From Camelus dromedarius (Eukaryota): a stretch of DNA of 64,000 nucleotides. The notes below the pieces were generated by a model. That model worked only from the letters and a program-made list of their open reading frames with translations, searched no databases and was not told where the DNA came from. A program made the position numbers and the translations under genes. Below, one piece after another: positions 39,050-53,559 of the stretch. Position 1 is the first letter of the stretch. Each line of letters starts with the position of its first letter. The stretch lies in assembly GCF_036321535.1 (NCBI RefSeq), contig NC_087436.1, positions 32,986,001 through 33,050,000 on the forward strand. Reading direction: 5' to 3'.

Positions 39050-40450
39050 CTTAATTGATTCATTTATTAGCAAATATTTATTGTGTACTTGCTATATTCC
39101 TAAAGTGGAAACTTAAAGACGATCTGGAGCTCAGGGTGTAAAGGTTTTCACAAGGAGTTCACAGTTTTTTGGAAGATAATTGTACAACCAGGCAAGCAAG
39201 TGCAGGGCAGTATGAGAAGTTTCTTTTACGTTATATACAAGAAGTACTGGACATTCGAAGTTTCAGAATGCTGCCACCCATAGCCCCTTTATGCGATTCC
39301 TTCATCATGGATTACCATGCTTCTGCCCAATGGGCTTGCCACTCTGGCCACAGCTGACTCAACCCAGCCCCACACAGCACAGTCAGTGCCCTGTGGGGAA
39401 AAGGGTAGGAAAGAATGCTTCAGTAGAGATCATGGTCCCTCATTGCATTGGTACAATCTTCTCTTCCAAATGGTTTGAACTCAGTATATAGAAAAAGTCA
39501 TGCAGTCGATAATGGGAACAGAAGTTGGAAGACTCTGGTATAATAATGACAGGGCATGAGCCAAGGGCTTAACATATTCTTGCTTCTGATGCAAGTCTTG
39601 AGAACTGCCCTGGGTCCTCCATGCTGTTCTCTTTCTGAACTCTTGGTTCACTGAACATTCTTCCTGAGGCCTGGGTGTGTGGGGGTTCTGGCATTCCTCT
39701 GAGACCTCTCTTCCTTGTTTATACTCCTGTCTTACAACAGATGCCCATTTATTTGCAGCCCAAGTGAGTTTCTGTTTTTAGCAGCGTGAAGTGCTGAACA
39801 GAAGGGTATGATGAAATGATGAAGGAGAGGGTCCTGACTCTGCATCAGGAAAGACGTCGTAGAGGAGAACGTGCTTCACCTGAGACCTGAAGGGCACATT
39901 GGGTGGGCCAATGGGAGGACAGAGGACCACTTGTGAAGTACAGGGAGGCAGGAGAGAACAAGCCAAGTTCAGGGAACAAACAGTAGTTTAACATGGCTGG
40001 CACAGAGGAGCCAGGTGAGAGGGTAGGATGTGAGCATGGACTGTCATAGGAGGACCAAATCGGGATGATTTTGCATTTTATACTATAGGTGGGGAGGGGT
40101 GACTATGGGTATTTTCTAATGAATACTTTGATAGCAGCGTGGAGGATTTATTGGATAGGAATAAGTCTAGGGGTTAAAAGAAAAGTTACTGGGTTACCTC
40201 AGTGGTATAGATGAGAAATAAAGTTCTTAACTAGGGCAGAAGCAGTCGGGGGTGATTATAAAAGAGATTCTAAAGCAATAGAACGAACAAAAATTGATAG
40301 CTGCATGTGAGGGAACACTCAGGGATACCCTCAGGGTTCCTGGTCTGGGTGACTGGGCAGATGAAGATGACAATTCTTGAGCAAGAGAACATGAGAAAGA
40401 GACCGATTTGGTGGAAGAAGATAATAAATTCAGTTTCAGTTCTTTCGGAT
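39050..40450 (-). mobile_element. L2 LINE remnants (discontinuous)
   Basis: 'ttcatttattagcaaatatttattgtgtacttgcta', 'gcatcaggaaagac', 'ctgagacctgaagg', 'aataaattcagtttcag'. Confidence 0.7.
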
Positions 40451-42849
40451 TTGAGAGACAAGAATGTGTGATTGTTTTTTGATTATGAGATCTAAGCCAA
40501 TGATGGAAGACCCTATATAAAGCAAGATGATTCAGGAACAAATTATTCTAGGTTCCAGATGAATCTGGCATTGCTCTACTTTTTTAAAATTACCATTCTC
40601 TAGTCATGGGGTTCTCTCAGCATAAATTTACAGTAGCCGAGAGAGAGTCCCTTAAGGGATCTCCAAGGATTTTGCGATCCTTTGACTTTAAGATGACTCT
40701 AGGAGGTAGCTGGTTGGTGCACACCTGTTTCAAGCTACGTCTCCCTAATGTGTACATCTGACACTGGGCAAGGCAAGCAATGGTGAGTGGTGACGGGGAT
40801 GGAGGGTAGGGACCAAAACAATAGCAAACAAAACTTCTCTTGGCCTTTGATTTCCTCTTGTTGCTCTCTCAGTGACTCTAAAGGTAAGATAATGGCCTTT
40901 GTTTTCCATCTTGTCTGGATTCTTTGACTCAGGGAGAAGTTGAGCTGGTTTTTGAAGGAAAGGGTGATATAACTTCCAAGCGTCCACCCTTGTCCTCTCA
41001 GCTTCCCTTGTCCCCTCAATAGCTTTTAGGTTCCTTTAGTGGTTCTTTTAAACAATGGTGAAGTTGTTTACCATTAGAAGGAGTTCATTGGGTGAAATTT
41101 ACCCAGGGCTCACTTAAAACTGCTGCAGCATGCATGCATGCACGGCTTCCAGGGTTACTCATTCCTTTAGCATTTGCTAAGGAATCTGTCCATCAGATGA
41201 GTAGCTGCTGACAGCAACTTTTAAAGACTCTTTTAACCATACACATTAAACACCTTTAAAGCAGATAAGTAAACATTTTCTTACAGTCTGTTGTACATGT
41301 TTCCTTGCTGCACATTTTAGTATAATGAAATTCATGTTGTGCAAAGAGAATTTTTGTGAAATGTGTCAAATTTCATTCTTTACCATTTTATCCACACGTG
41401 GATGGTCTCCCATAAATCCATGACACATAGGCTTAGTGCGATAATGAATTTCCATTTTAAATTCTGAAGGTCCTTATTATGATCCACAGCTCAACTTAAG
41501 TTTTCCTTGTGAAAAATGTGCTATTTCTATCCTCTTATGTTTTGCTCATCTTCTCCATTAACATGAATCTAGCATTGTGAAACCAAAAGAGCCATTAGCA
41601 GTGGCCTTTTTTAGGGGAGTACCCTCACTGGATACAATGCCCAAGAAGCTATGTGGAAATAGGCTTTATGATGATGAATTACTGTTGCAGAAAGAACCCA
41701 GTGACACTGATAAATATTAAAGAGCCCCTGTTGCCCCCATGGAAACCATTTTATTTAGTTGCTTCTAAAACCTATTCTCTGAACTTCTCTTCCCTTTTAT
41801 TTCTGAGCTGATTTACATGACAACAGTCTCTGGTCCTTGGGAGCATGTCTGCTCAGGCTGCTAGTCTGTACTTTGAGTCGTCACCCTCTCTTTGCTGAGA
41901 AGATGAGTGACAATGAAGTGAGGAGTAAATGGTTACTGGAGCAGATGAACTCTCGGGAACAAAGATCCCCTTTTCATGCAAATGTCTATAGTAATTTAAC
42001 ATGAAGGAAGAAAAGAAACCAGGGTACGAGATATCAAGAGAACTGGATGGTATTCAGGGTTGTTTCATGAAGCCTTGACATCTCTGTGAGAGTGTCATCT
42101 ATCAAAGCATCTCTCTCCCTTTCACATAAAGTGAAAACACATTTCCATTTTGAAGAGAAACAAGGAGGAACATAAAACTAACCTCAATCATAGGGCCACC
42201 GGTCCCCTCAATGTCACTTTTGACCTTGTCACTCATTCCCAGCCAGTAAGAACATATCTGTGCATGCTTGCTGACTGCCCACATTTTCCTCTCTACCTGG
42301 GAGGCCTGCTTCTCATCCTTTCTTACTTCAACTTTTTCTACCTTCCAAAGCTTAGCTCAAGGCCTGTTTTGTTATTCTTAGTCTTTCCTTCTAGATTGGT
42401 TATTCTTTTTACAGAATTCCCATTTTGAGTTCATGTCTATCACTTAATTACCAGTTCCTTCTAGGGATAGATTTTTCTCTCACCAAAATGTATTGAGGAA
42501 AGTGCCCATGTTATTATACCTCATTGCTCTCTGTATAATAACGGGTATATAATATGTGATTGCTAGATGGACTAGCTGCAATTTAAGAATCATGAACTAG
42601 GAAGAGTAAATTTGAGATTTATCTATCCATGATTGTTTTTCTTCTAACTTTAAAACTCATGGCACCCTCCCTTAAAGATTATGCATGACCTGCTTTTGAT
42701 TATTTGACTTTTCAGTAGTGGTACCATTGATCATAGCATGGTCAATCAATGCCTTTCAGTTAAAATAATTTTTTCTCCATTAAAATAATTTTTAACTCAG
42801 AGGCTTGATATCTGCTTACATTTTTTTTTGCTGGAATATATTATTGATA

Positions 42850-43080
42850 ATAATAATGCTTACAATAGCAAATAGAGCTTGCCTTGTGTCCAGCACCAGT
42901 CTAAGATTTTAAGCATGTATGCTCTTACTTAATCCTCACAATAACCCTATAAACTAAGTAGTATTGTTATCATCATCATTTTATAGAAAAGGAAACTGAG
43001 TGTTAAATAACTTGCCTGCAGTTATAGAATTTGGACCTCAGCAGGCTGGCTCTGGAGTCTGTGTTCTTACCCACTGTTCT
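42850..43080 (-). mobile_element. MIR SINE
   Basis: 'ttaatcctcacaataaccctataaactaagtagtattgttatcatcatcattttatagaaaaggaaactgag'. Confidence 0.88.
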
Positions 43081-43757
43081 CTTCTGTCTCTTTGACTGCC
43101 ATTGAGTTTCCCACACTCTCACCCTTTCCTGGGTACAGTGTCCCTCACGATCCAAATACAAGGACCAGAGATTCTGAGACTATTTCTGACAGCCCTTTTA
43201 TCTGGGATCTTGATACTCACCGTGCAAAACTCAGGGATGGATTCAAGTTGGATATCAAGTTGGATTCACTCTAAGTAAAATATAGTAGGATATTATTATA
43301 TTATAAAGTAAGATTATTGGAAACTTTTCAAAATTAGTGTGAATGTAGTGCTAGTGAAAACATAAATGAAGGGCAGTAAGTCATGTTAGTTTGATTAGAA
43401 TCCTTTTAATCATCATTTCTTTCAATGAGCTATTTGTTAAATTATGGAATGGATGAATGAAGATGAGATTATATAGGTTTTATAAAGCTAAAAGAAGGAA
43501 CATATAAAACTGCTGGGAAATATATGTAAAGGAAACAATCCCTGAACTTATTTCTCTTTATGCTGCAGGGAAAAATTTCCTAGTTGAGAAGAAAAAGACT
43601 CCTTCACTCTGATCCTTATTTATGGAGCCAAACTTGTATTCTGGGGCGAATTATTGTTGAGGTATTTTGTTCTTTCAGTGAGTTGAAGGTCAAAGAGTTT
43701 TGTTTTTTTTAATGTGTGTGTGGGTTTGTATGACCCTTTGATAAGGTTATAGGAACC

Positions 43758-43820
43758 ATTTAGATTTAGATTTAGATTTAGATTCTACTTAGATTTATAA
43801 AACCATTTAGATTATAGATG
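43758..43820. repeat. (TTTAGA)n hexamer repeat with degenerate extension
   Basis: 'tttagatttagatttagatttagatt...ttagattt...catttagattatagatg'. Confidence 0.85.
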
Positions 43821-44149
43821 TATATAAGTAATATATGGTGAAATTAAGGTTTCATATCCCTCCTGTAACCCAGAGGGTGGTAAGAATTAGAGGTGAGAGC
43901 AAAATCTGACTTCACATCTATGGTGTGAAAACATGATTCCAGGGCCTCTCCTTGTGGGGGAATTTCAGAGGCTTCTGCCAGCTGAGCATTAGAGAATGAA
44001 GCCCAATTACTTATAAATTGACGCATTTTGGAGCAGGGGGTGAGATGCTACATCTCAGCAAGTATCATCATCCTCACCAAGTGAGCCACCTGTTCTTCTG
44101 AACCGAAAGGAAAGAAACCAAGGACAACCAGCACAAGCCTAGAAATTAT

Positions 44150-44520
44150 TTTTTCATTTGTCATACATCTCCTGGGAACCTACTGTCTGTCAAGTACTGT
44201 ACTAAGTGCCAGGGACAGAGAAAGGATAAATTGCACTCTCTGCCCTTTATGATCTCATAATCTGTGGTAGGGGAGGCAAAGAGGGGCTGGATAAGAGGGA
44301 ATTTGAAAACCAGTCTCACAAATTACAACAAGCATAAAATGGCTACGTCTGTTATTCACGTATTAAAGAGCAGGAGTGGAGAAAGCTTTCACAGGGCAGG
44401 GAGCCTTTCAGGCTCGGCCCACGAAGAAGATCGGGCCTGTCTGAGTAGGAGCTTGGGGAGGAACACTTTCCCAGAGGGAACAAGCTGCAGGGAGGTATCC
44501 AGGTGTGACATAGTGGGGTT
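44150..44520 (-). mobile_element. L2 3' end remnant
   Basis: 'acctactgtctgtcaagtactgtactaagtgccagggacagag...ctctgccctttatgatctcataatct'. Confidence 0.8.
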
Positions 44521-44993
44521 TGTCGGGGAGCTGCACATTGAAAAACAGAAAATACAGAAATGCTTTTTCATTTTGGCCTATAGTTCTTATTAATTTAGAG
44601 TACTTGATATTTGATGCTCAATTCATCTTTAAAACTTCCCTCTGAGAATGTGTCTGTGGAGCACAGCATCAGGTTTGGGCTGCTGTGCGTGACGGGTCTT
44701 GGTAAAGGTTGGCCTGGGCATTTGTGCCAAGTTCAGGCGCCCTATGTGGTGGACCACAAACAGTGCAGGAGGATGCATGTGACTGCCGGCTCAGAGCCAT
44801 AGCCTTTCGGGGAGCTGATGTACTGTTCCCTAAATGTCCATGGCTCACTTGCATTTCTGTGTATTTCATTCCCTGTTTCATCTGCTTCAAATGTCCTTCT
44901 TTCCTTTTTCTACATGAGAGTCGTTTTTATTTTAAAATAAAGTGAAAATTAAAGGCTACTATGTGGAAAAGATTCTTATCTGTGCAATATATT

Positions 44994-45038
44994 CTCTCTC
45001 TCTATATATATATACACATATATACATACATATGTATA

Positions 45039-45068
<30 letters not shown>
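44994..45068. repeat. Compound (TC)/(TA)/(CA)/(TG) microsatellite
   Basis: Direct reading. Confidence 0.95.
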
Positions 45069-45069
<1 letters not shown>

Positions 45070-46849
45070 GCTTTGCTTGTGCATGGTGGAGAAATATATA
45101 TAAAGGCTTTTCTGTTTCCTTTTGTAATGTGTCTGAGTTTATTTTAGTTATCTCAGTTAGTCCCCAGTCAAGACAACATCTGACTTTCAGATATCACAAT
45201 CATCATGGCTTGGTAATGACTGCATCAATATGAAGCGTGTGTGTATGTACATGTGTGTGTGTGTATGTATGGAAGGAGGGCATAAGAGAATGGGCTCTCC
45301 ATTCACAAGTACAAAATAACCCAAAGGAAAAACATTCTGAAATTTTAATGTGCAGTTTTGTCTCCTGACAGCAGCTGTATTCCCTCAAACCATCACCCTC
45401 TACAGGCTACTCAACAGGGTGCTCTGGGCCCTGCTGTGAGCACGGTCACCACAGGCACATTGTCTGTGGTGGTTAAAAGGCAAATAATATAGCCTGAGCC
45501 ACTGGGTTAATCTTTCAGTTGGCATCTGAATATAGGCAGTTGTTTTTAAGTAGTAATTAGCTGAACCCTCTGGAAATTTCTTTCTGAAATGCATGCTAGT
45601 CCTTCTGCCTCTCATTATTTTGCTTATGTAGGCTGTCTTGTTCAACTGAATAAAGCTCTGTGGTGATTATCTGGCTTCTTTAGGAGTCCTGCTTTAATTT
45701 GATGGACATGTAGAATGAAGGTTATGCCTGCAGTCTGCACCAATGTCAAACACTCTGGAGATACTGATTTGGTTTCTGGAGTTTATTTTGAACTTACAAA
45801 AGTATAGAAATTCAGATATCTTTTTAGATTATGATGTGCTTGGACCTGAAGAGATAGACTCCAGAGATGTATCTACATGCTGGCAAATATGGTCAAGACT
45901 GATTTAAGAACTTGGTTGGCAGTGACTTCCAGCTTTGATCCTGTAGTAAAATATATATTGAACTGATCTGTTCATTCCACAGGGTCTGTCATAGGATGAG
46001 ATTTCAGCTTTAAGGTCCCCTTCTCCTCTCCCTTAAGTGGAGAGCCACAATACTCTGTTGGAATTGTTATGCTATCTCTTCAAAGAGCATGGAATGGGAA
46101 TAGGCCTAGAACTATGTGGAAATAGCAAACCGTGCCATAAGCCTAGTTTCTCCTTACTAAGAGGAGTTAGTACATACATAATTAAATGGACTACTCATAA
46201 AAATTATGTGCATTTCTTCTTGAATGTGTATGTCTTGAACTCCCTTACTTTTTTGACTTATAATGCTTTTCCACTATAATATATGCCTTGTACTTTACTT
46301 ATAAAGAGATGTGCTGTGGAAAATAAAAGTCAAGGATATGATAAATTTCAAACAGTCTTTGCTCTGAAAGTTTATGGTGAGATTCACATCACAATGAGAT
46401 GGTCTGTCCTTGGCCACTTGAGCGTGTCCTGCTCGCGTAATGGGCGTGCCTCAGTGGTGAACTAAATTACTGTGTGTGTGATCTGACTCACCTGTTGAGG
46501 GGGTCCAGTTCATTGATTCCATTGTTTGGCCTTTGTATTTATACAAAACTGCCAATCCTTGTCTTTTCTACCAAGAATGAATTATAAGTAGAAGACATCT
46601 GCCATCCAGGCTTTCTTTCCCCCAGTGCTGGAGACAATCCTGACTGAGCCCGGCCAAGTTCAGTAGATCTCTTCACTGATCTCTTAACTGAAAACTACCA
46701 GTTCGTTAATACTCCCTGTAAAATGTACTGATGACAGCCAAGAGCACATGCATACTTCCTGTAAGCTGGCTTCTCTGAGATGTTCTTGTGCACCTTTGCT
46801 CCTATAAATTTTTAAGTTATTTACTTATAATAAAGAGTCATTTGTTCTA

Positions 46850-47290
46850 TTTTCAGTCAAGTTCACTGGGGAGCAGATTCTGAGATGGAGATAAGGATAC
46901 TGGTTGTTTATGAGTGAGTGGTCTTGAATCAACACCTGGAGAAGGTAGGGGAAGGAAACAGGCTTCAGCAAAGGGAGAAGCTGGGCTGCAACATAGCTTC
47001 AAAAAAACCCTTCATTTAACACCACAAACAGCTCCTGAAATCTGGAATGATCCTTAGAGATGTCTCACACTGGTGGGGGGGTGGGGGTCAAGGGGCTGGA
47101 CCTTGCTCCTCTCATGTTGACTTGTCATTAGCTGTGGGCTGCCCCCAAGAAGTGGCTTTCTCTTCCCAGATGCAGTTCCCAGGGAGGGCTGGCAGTGGAG
47201 GGCTATGTGTGCTGTACTCCCAGTAACTGGGAGAGCAAGTCCTTCAGTCCTGAACAGGGATGTGAGTGACACGTTACAGATTCCACTAAA
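46850..47290 (-). mobile_element. LTR16-family solo LTR (ERVL)
   Basis: 'ggggagcagattctgagatggaga...gatgcagttcccaggg...gggatgtgagtgacacgttacagattccacta' is the reverse of the LTR16 5' end. Confidence 0.75.
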
Positions 47291-48214
47291 CCTGTTTATA
47301 GAGATTGTACTTATTGCCAGTACGCTTATTTAAACATTACTTAGATCCACATAAGATACATTCAGAAAGAGATAATTTTTTTCCTATGGAAAGTGAATTG
47401 ATTGTATTTTAAAGACTCAGAAATTAACATAGGAATTAAGTAGATGCAAGGTATATTATTGCTGTTTTTGTAAGTCACAAATTAACCTTATGAAATGACC
47501 ATTTTTATAGGTCATAAATGGTTAAATTGACAATTTCATATGGAAAACACAAGTATAAATGGTTGGAAAATGTCATAGAAATGTAGAAGGAGTCTGTAAG
47601 CAAGTTACTTTGTGAGAATCTTTCAATTTTAACAGAAAATGAAACTGAAAATTACTGACTCAGTGGTATGGATATGGTTTAAAAAATGTGTTATACTAAT
47701 CAGTGACCTGTACTCAGAGGACATTCTTTGATTCAACATCAAACAACTGGTCAAGGAATCTGCCCTTAGACATTTCAAATTAGAATGAAATGTTGGGAAA
47801 ATGCCTCATGTTCTTGGATCACTGCCATATTTTATTTTTTCTTATAAGCCAACCACTGTTTATGATCCTGTTGACGAGAGGAGGGCTTCTTCGATACTGA
47901 GTCTCATCTCAAGCCATCTGGTGAGGTTTAGAAATAGTCTTCCTCTCCTAAAAATGGGCTTTTTTTTTTTTTACCTAGAGTGACCTTGGCACCTTTACAC
48001 AATAGAATTCTGCATTCTCTTTCCAAGTTAAGGGCCAGTCTGAGAACCAGGAAGGCACCCTACTTCCTGAGCCACACTGCTGCTTTCTGGAATTCTAAGC
48101 ATCCATCCTTGGCTGAACCTGGTAACTCTGGCCTTCTCTGCTGGCTGCTGCTTTTTGGTGTCTCTGCCATTTTGTGTTCCTTCTAACTTGCTGATTGATG
48201 TTCAGTTTCAAAAT

Positions 48215-48930
48215 AGGGATGATTCTAGGATCTGTGGACCCTGAAGTGTATATAGTTGCAGGATCCTCTCTAAGAAAAAGAATACCAAATTACATATAAA
48301 GAATTAAGTGTACAATGATTATTTAAAATTAAAAATTACACACAAAATACTAACTTAAGAAAACTTACAAATAACACAGTCACCACAGAAGTCATAATTA
48401 TAATGCTATGTTTTTATTAATTAGCTACCTGTTATATCGCTAATAATACTGGGTTTTTTTTACATTTTTTGCTTGCATACACTTTGATCACTTTTTCAAA
48501 TGAAAGTAATTTTGCAATATTTTTCATAAAGGAAAGTAGAGGAGTAGTTCAGTCTTTCCTCTAGCCTGGCTTGAATATATTAAAAAAAAACAATAATTTA
48601 GAAAAACCTCTTTTATCTTTACAACTCTTTATTGGTAATCTTTTGTCAGTTTTTTAAAGATTGCTGTCAAACAGAAGGAAACCTTTATCAAGTTTCAGAT
48701 ATAAACTTTCTCAGAGTATACAGAGTATATAACAACTTTTTTTGGTGCAGTGGCTCATGTTAAATCCTCTCTACCATAATCTTCAGTAACCAGTTTGTCA
48801 CTGATGACCTCATTGCAAAGTTTTAGATTATATGAACATCCGCATTTTGTATAAAATCAGCAAAATTTACATATTTTTCTTGTATTTCATTTGATTCATA
48901 TCTTCTCATTAATTGAAATTATCACTCCCA
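48215..48930 (-). mobile_element. hAT-Tip100 DNA transposon end (Zaphod/MER115-like) with transposase C-terminal relic
   Basis: Terminal text 'gtggaccctgaagtgtata...ctctctaagaaaaagaatac'; the minus strand gives LPIKSCKDKRGFSKL and LEERLNY, resembling the hAT dimerisation motif LPxTSCxxERSFSKL...ERLN. Confidence 0.78.
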
Positions 48931-51869
48931 CACTTGACCCAGTCCCTAGTTTCTCTTCCTCACTTTTTGCTTTTGGGATTTTAGCATACCACTCAGCTGA
49001 GGACATATGTAATTATAATTGAAATTTTGAAAAACAAAGAACACTAGGGTAGATTCTAGGAAAAAAATATTTGATGAAAGTGTATCTGTACTGAAATGAA
49101 AAGAAGTTTTAAGAACAACATATAATATGTATTAGGAAATTATTGAAACTAGAGGAATGTATCCCTCTGTTCCCTTTGGTCAAATGGTACTACATGGCAT
49201 CACTGACATACTTATCTGTCAACAGATTAATGAGAATGAAAGTCTTCTTCCACCTAAACCTGGCTGGTCATCATACATCTGGTTTGTGAACAAAGGAAAT
49301 TTCTCAGAACACTGTCAGAAGCTATTTCACTAAAATTCGAGACACAAGATGATAAATGGATACTTTGTTTATTTTAATTACTGGATGAGATGTTGGATGG
49401 CTAAGTTTTTATGTTATGTGAAGGTTTGTTTTATATTTCTTTGGGTTTTGATCTTCTTCATTGGTCTATTTTCCCATTACAGAAGAACTCAGAAAAGTCT
49501 AATATAATTCCTGTTGTAATTGCATACTTTTTAGTGCTGTTAGACAATTGAGTTATTTGACACAGATGGTTGAAACAATATTCCTGTAAGATAAATTACA
49601 TGTAATTTCAACTATGGGCTAATATAATTTGGGATATGTTACATTTCACACGTTTTCCCTGGTGTTTCCAGCATTCCAGAAGCTCTGCTGAGTCTTATTC
49701 TCTAGTTCATCATGCCCATTGATAGGTTCAGAAATCAGAGGCCATTCTCTGAAATCTCACTGTAGAATCAGGGAAAATATGGGAACCTAACAGGTGGGTG
49801 AATAATTATAACATCAGTATGAATAAAAAACTTCTTATGGAATTGCAACTTGTAACCGCAGTGTTATAGCCTCTTTTCTTCTAATAAAACGTAAGAAAAT
49901 AATTCTTTTAGTTTTTAAAATTATTGCTCTTCGAAGACTGAGTTCTTACCTTTGAAAGATAGGTTTTAAATTTCTGTGCTCTACAATTTGAATAATTGTA
50001 TCAGGCTTCCAAAGAGCCTTCTTTAAAGATCCATGCCTATTCTTAAGAAGCTTTTGAGTCTATGATTTTAAAAAATTGGAATCTTGAACTAGTCTTTTTA
50101 TTTGCAAGATTGGGTTTTTTGTCCTTTTTCCATATTCTAAAAGCAATAATACTAAATACCAAGTATATGTGTTTATGATGTGCAGGTTTTTCCGATGAGC
50201 CCATAAAAACTGAAGCCCCACATTTCCTTGTGAATTGATGACTTATTTCTGTAGCTGAGTAGTTCTTTTCATTGGCATAAGATGTTTTTTCCAAGGTGTA
50301 CTTGATCATGATTAATGAGCCTCACAAAATCCTAGAGCCTCCAAAACCTGAATTATGTGACTTATCCTTAACAAGTGTTAATTAAGCTTTAAAAAACATA
50401 ACGGATCTTAATTTTAAAAACTTTTGTGCAGTTATGTCTAGAAAACATTTCTGTTAAATGCAGATGAAATTAAAGACAAATTTCTTTTCTGTCAATAACT
50501 TTAAGTGATTTTAAAGTAATGAATATATAGGAATCATTCATCTATGATATATATGTATAGAAAAATATTTATATGCAGTTATTCATTAAATGAAATAATA
50601 TTGAAGAATAAGATTTCAAAGCAGCTTTAGTCAGTTATGCAGATTAGTGTCTTCTGAATCACAATAACTTTTGGTACATGACTTCATTTTAATTTTTGTG
50701 GTTACAAATGGCAGCGACTCTCAGTGGAGCTTTTTTTGCCTTATTTTATCCAAAAACACTGTTCTGATAGGTGTAAAACCAAGAAGAGATTGAAAAAATC
50801 TCAAGCAAATTTGAATATTTATAGCAAAGTTTACTTTCTGTATTTCTTTTAGTATGTTAGTATGGAGTTTTCTTTATTGGAATATTTCTGTCTTGGAAAT
50901 GAGATAAAGAGTAATTTTTAAAAAATGGATGCAGTATCCTAAGAAATGTTCCTGTGATGCTAATATACAAAACACTTGGCTGTCTTTCACTTACTGGACA
51001 GCAGTATTACATAGTATATCACAACTGACTAGTTTCCCTTATACCTATAATAATTGGACTCAAATTAATAACTGATAGTCACTACCATATTATCCTACGT
51101 ATTCTATCTAATACTGTCATTGCTTGAATGTTCTATTAAAGTGTACATTTTGTCCAATTGAAAAGAAATGTTCCTTATAAAAATGAAAAATGTATGGAAA
51201 ATTATACTTGGGAATTTTTTAAAGCTTTTTTTGTTTAATTTGGACTGTAGTCTATCTGGAAAGAAGCATTCTACAAGATTTCTAGGCTTGGTCCTTGGTG
51301 GTTCTGCTGTCTAATGATAGAAAGCAAATTATCTAATCATGTGATATATTAGACAAAAAACATTAAGCCATTAAAATTAGAAGGAAAAAGAATTGCAAAA
51401 AATTTGAAAGGATCATGAGAACATGAAGAAAGTATTTGATGAAAATCCTTAGTGAGGCTATTTAACTTCTGCCAGTAATTATTTATAATACAGTAAGTTG
51501 CATTCAAACGAAAATAATTCATATAAATTTTTTGAGTTCCTGCTTTGAGTCCATTGTTGAACTGGATATTATAGAAAAAACAAGAGTGGTATATGTTATT
51601 ACATCTGGCTTGTAGGAATTTAACTTCCATTTAGTGAGGCAAAAGTAATCCGTATAAAACAGCATAACCTAACTTTCATGAGCTACATGGTAGGGATGCA
51701 TTTTATTGGTCAGCTGTTCTCATGGAAACCAATAGGTCATATCAGTGCAGGAACAAGTGATTACTTGAATAGATGCATGATGATACAATAGAAAGAATCT
51801 GGAATTTGAGATCAAAGACTAGCTGTGTCAGATTCCTCTTATGTCCAATGTAACATTCTTTCAGCCTAC

Positions 51870-52350
51870 ATTTTTTTTTCTTCAGTCATTGCCATAGCAA
51901 CGAGCCGGGGCAGGCTTAACCTGGAAGAACCTCACCTCTGCTGCATTGAGTATCTGTCACCACACAGCTTCTCAGCTGCCTCCACATGGGAGATATGGAA
52001 ATCCACTCAGCTATCCTGGTGGATGTGCAGGCCTGAAAGTGTGAGAAACACTTAGATCGATAAGGAACGTGAGCGGGTTGGATAAATATTTCCTTCTGCT
52101 GTTACCCTGAGTAGCCAGTTCTGAGATACGTTCTCCACCCTCCTACGAGGGTTTCAGTGGGATGAAACCCCAGTTGTTATGAGTGAGACCAGCTTGATAA
52201 GGTGTCCTTGAACTGCCTTTTCCTTCTTCTCTCTTTCTCTATTACAAGTGCCCTATTCCTAATTCTTAGGATCTATATGTAAAGTAAATTATCTGCACAC
52301 AAATGTTTTTCTCAGCCTCTGCTTCTTTTGAGGAAACACAGATTAAGACA
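51870..52350 (+). mobile_element. LTR16-family solo LTR (ERVL)
   Basis: 'gtgcaggcctgaaagtgtg', 'cagtgggatgaaaccccagttg', 3' end 'ctcagcctctgcttc...gaaacacagattaagaca'. Confidence 0.75.
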
Positions 52351-52409
52351 CTTTTTGATATTTACTAAGGTGTGTGGACATGGGGAAAAAAAACCCCAAA
52401 AAACAAAAA

Positions 52410-52630
52410 CCCTTTGAATCAAGAGGCAGCCTAGATTCAGGCTCAAGGTTTGTCAATGACTAGCTGTATGACCTTAAGCAAATTATTTTAACTCTTTGGG
52501 CCCTGATTTTCACACTTGTGAAATAGAGATAAAGCTAGTACCTACATTAAAAGGATTGTTGTGACGATTAAATATAAGTCCCTTAGCAGTACCTGACTCA
52601 TGGTAAGTGAGGCTGAAATGATTTCATTCA
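52410..52630 (+). mobile_element. MIR SINE
   Basis: 'actagctgtatgaccttaagcaaattattttaactctttgggccctgattttc...gtacctacattaaaaggattgttgtgacgattaaat'. Confidence 0.85.
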
Positions 52631-52639
52631 TGTAAAGTA

Positions 52640-53017
52640 TTGTAATAATGCCAGGCACATTAGTGGCTTTAAACAATGCACATTTATTATCTTACAGTCT
52701 GGAGATCAAGGTGTCCACAGGGCCGTGTTCCTTCCTGAGGTTCTAGGGGAGAACATATTTTCTTGCTTCTCCGGCTTCTAGAGGCTCCTCATCTCGGGAC
52801 CCCTTCCTCCCAACTCTTCTTCTGTCACCACATCTCCTCTAAATCTGGCTTTCCTGCCTTCCTGTTATTGAGCTTGCTGGGATAATCCAGGATAATCTCC
52901 CCATCTCAAGATCTTTGATCACATTTACAAATGCTGTTTTGCCTTGTAAGGTGACATATTCACAGGTTCCAGGAATTAGGATGTGGTTCTCTTTGGGGAC
53001 AGTTACACTGTCTACCA
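52640..53017 (-). mobile_element. MaLR LTR, MLT1B/C-like
   Basis: 'gggataatccaggataatctccccatctcaagatc', 'gtaaggtgacatattcacaggttccaggaattagg'. Confidence 0.88.
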
Positions 53018-53559
53018 AAGTACTCAGCAAAATTGGCTGGATAAATTCGTCCCAGCCTCAGTTACATCATTTATTGCAATCAAAATGATTATAATCAGAA
53101 TGACATGGTATGTAAGATTAAACAAGAATAGTCTGTGTTTCGAGGAATGAGCATCTCTCACATACCGGGAGTTTTACTCATGGATCACAGAATTTATGAT
53201 GCATTACCCCGTGTGACTTTTGGAGAAATTCCTTAGTACTTACATGGCACTGTGTTATAGACAGACTGAAACTTACCCTTGATTCCCTTTTCTGAAGAAA
53301 CGGGTTATTGGATTTCCTGGTTCTTGATAAAGATTGCTGGACATCTTTCTTAAAAAGAACTCATTTAATTCACAGTTTATGTCTTTAAAACTTTTAATAA
53401 AAATCTTCGTATGTTGTTGGTGGAAATATAAAAAAATAGTCTATATTTATTAAATAGATTTGTATCATTATAAAATCATATTTTAAAATTGTGCTTTCTT
53501 TGCAGTATTTTAATCCTTATTCTAATTCATATATAGCTTTATTCTACCTCATGTTAAAT

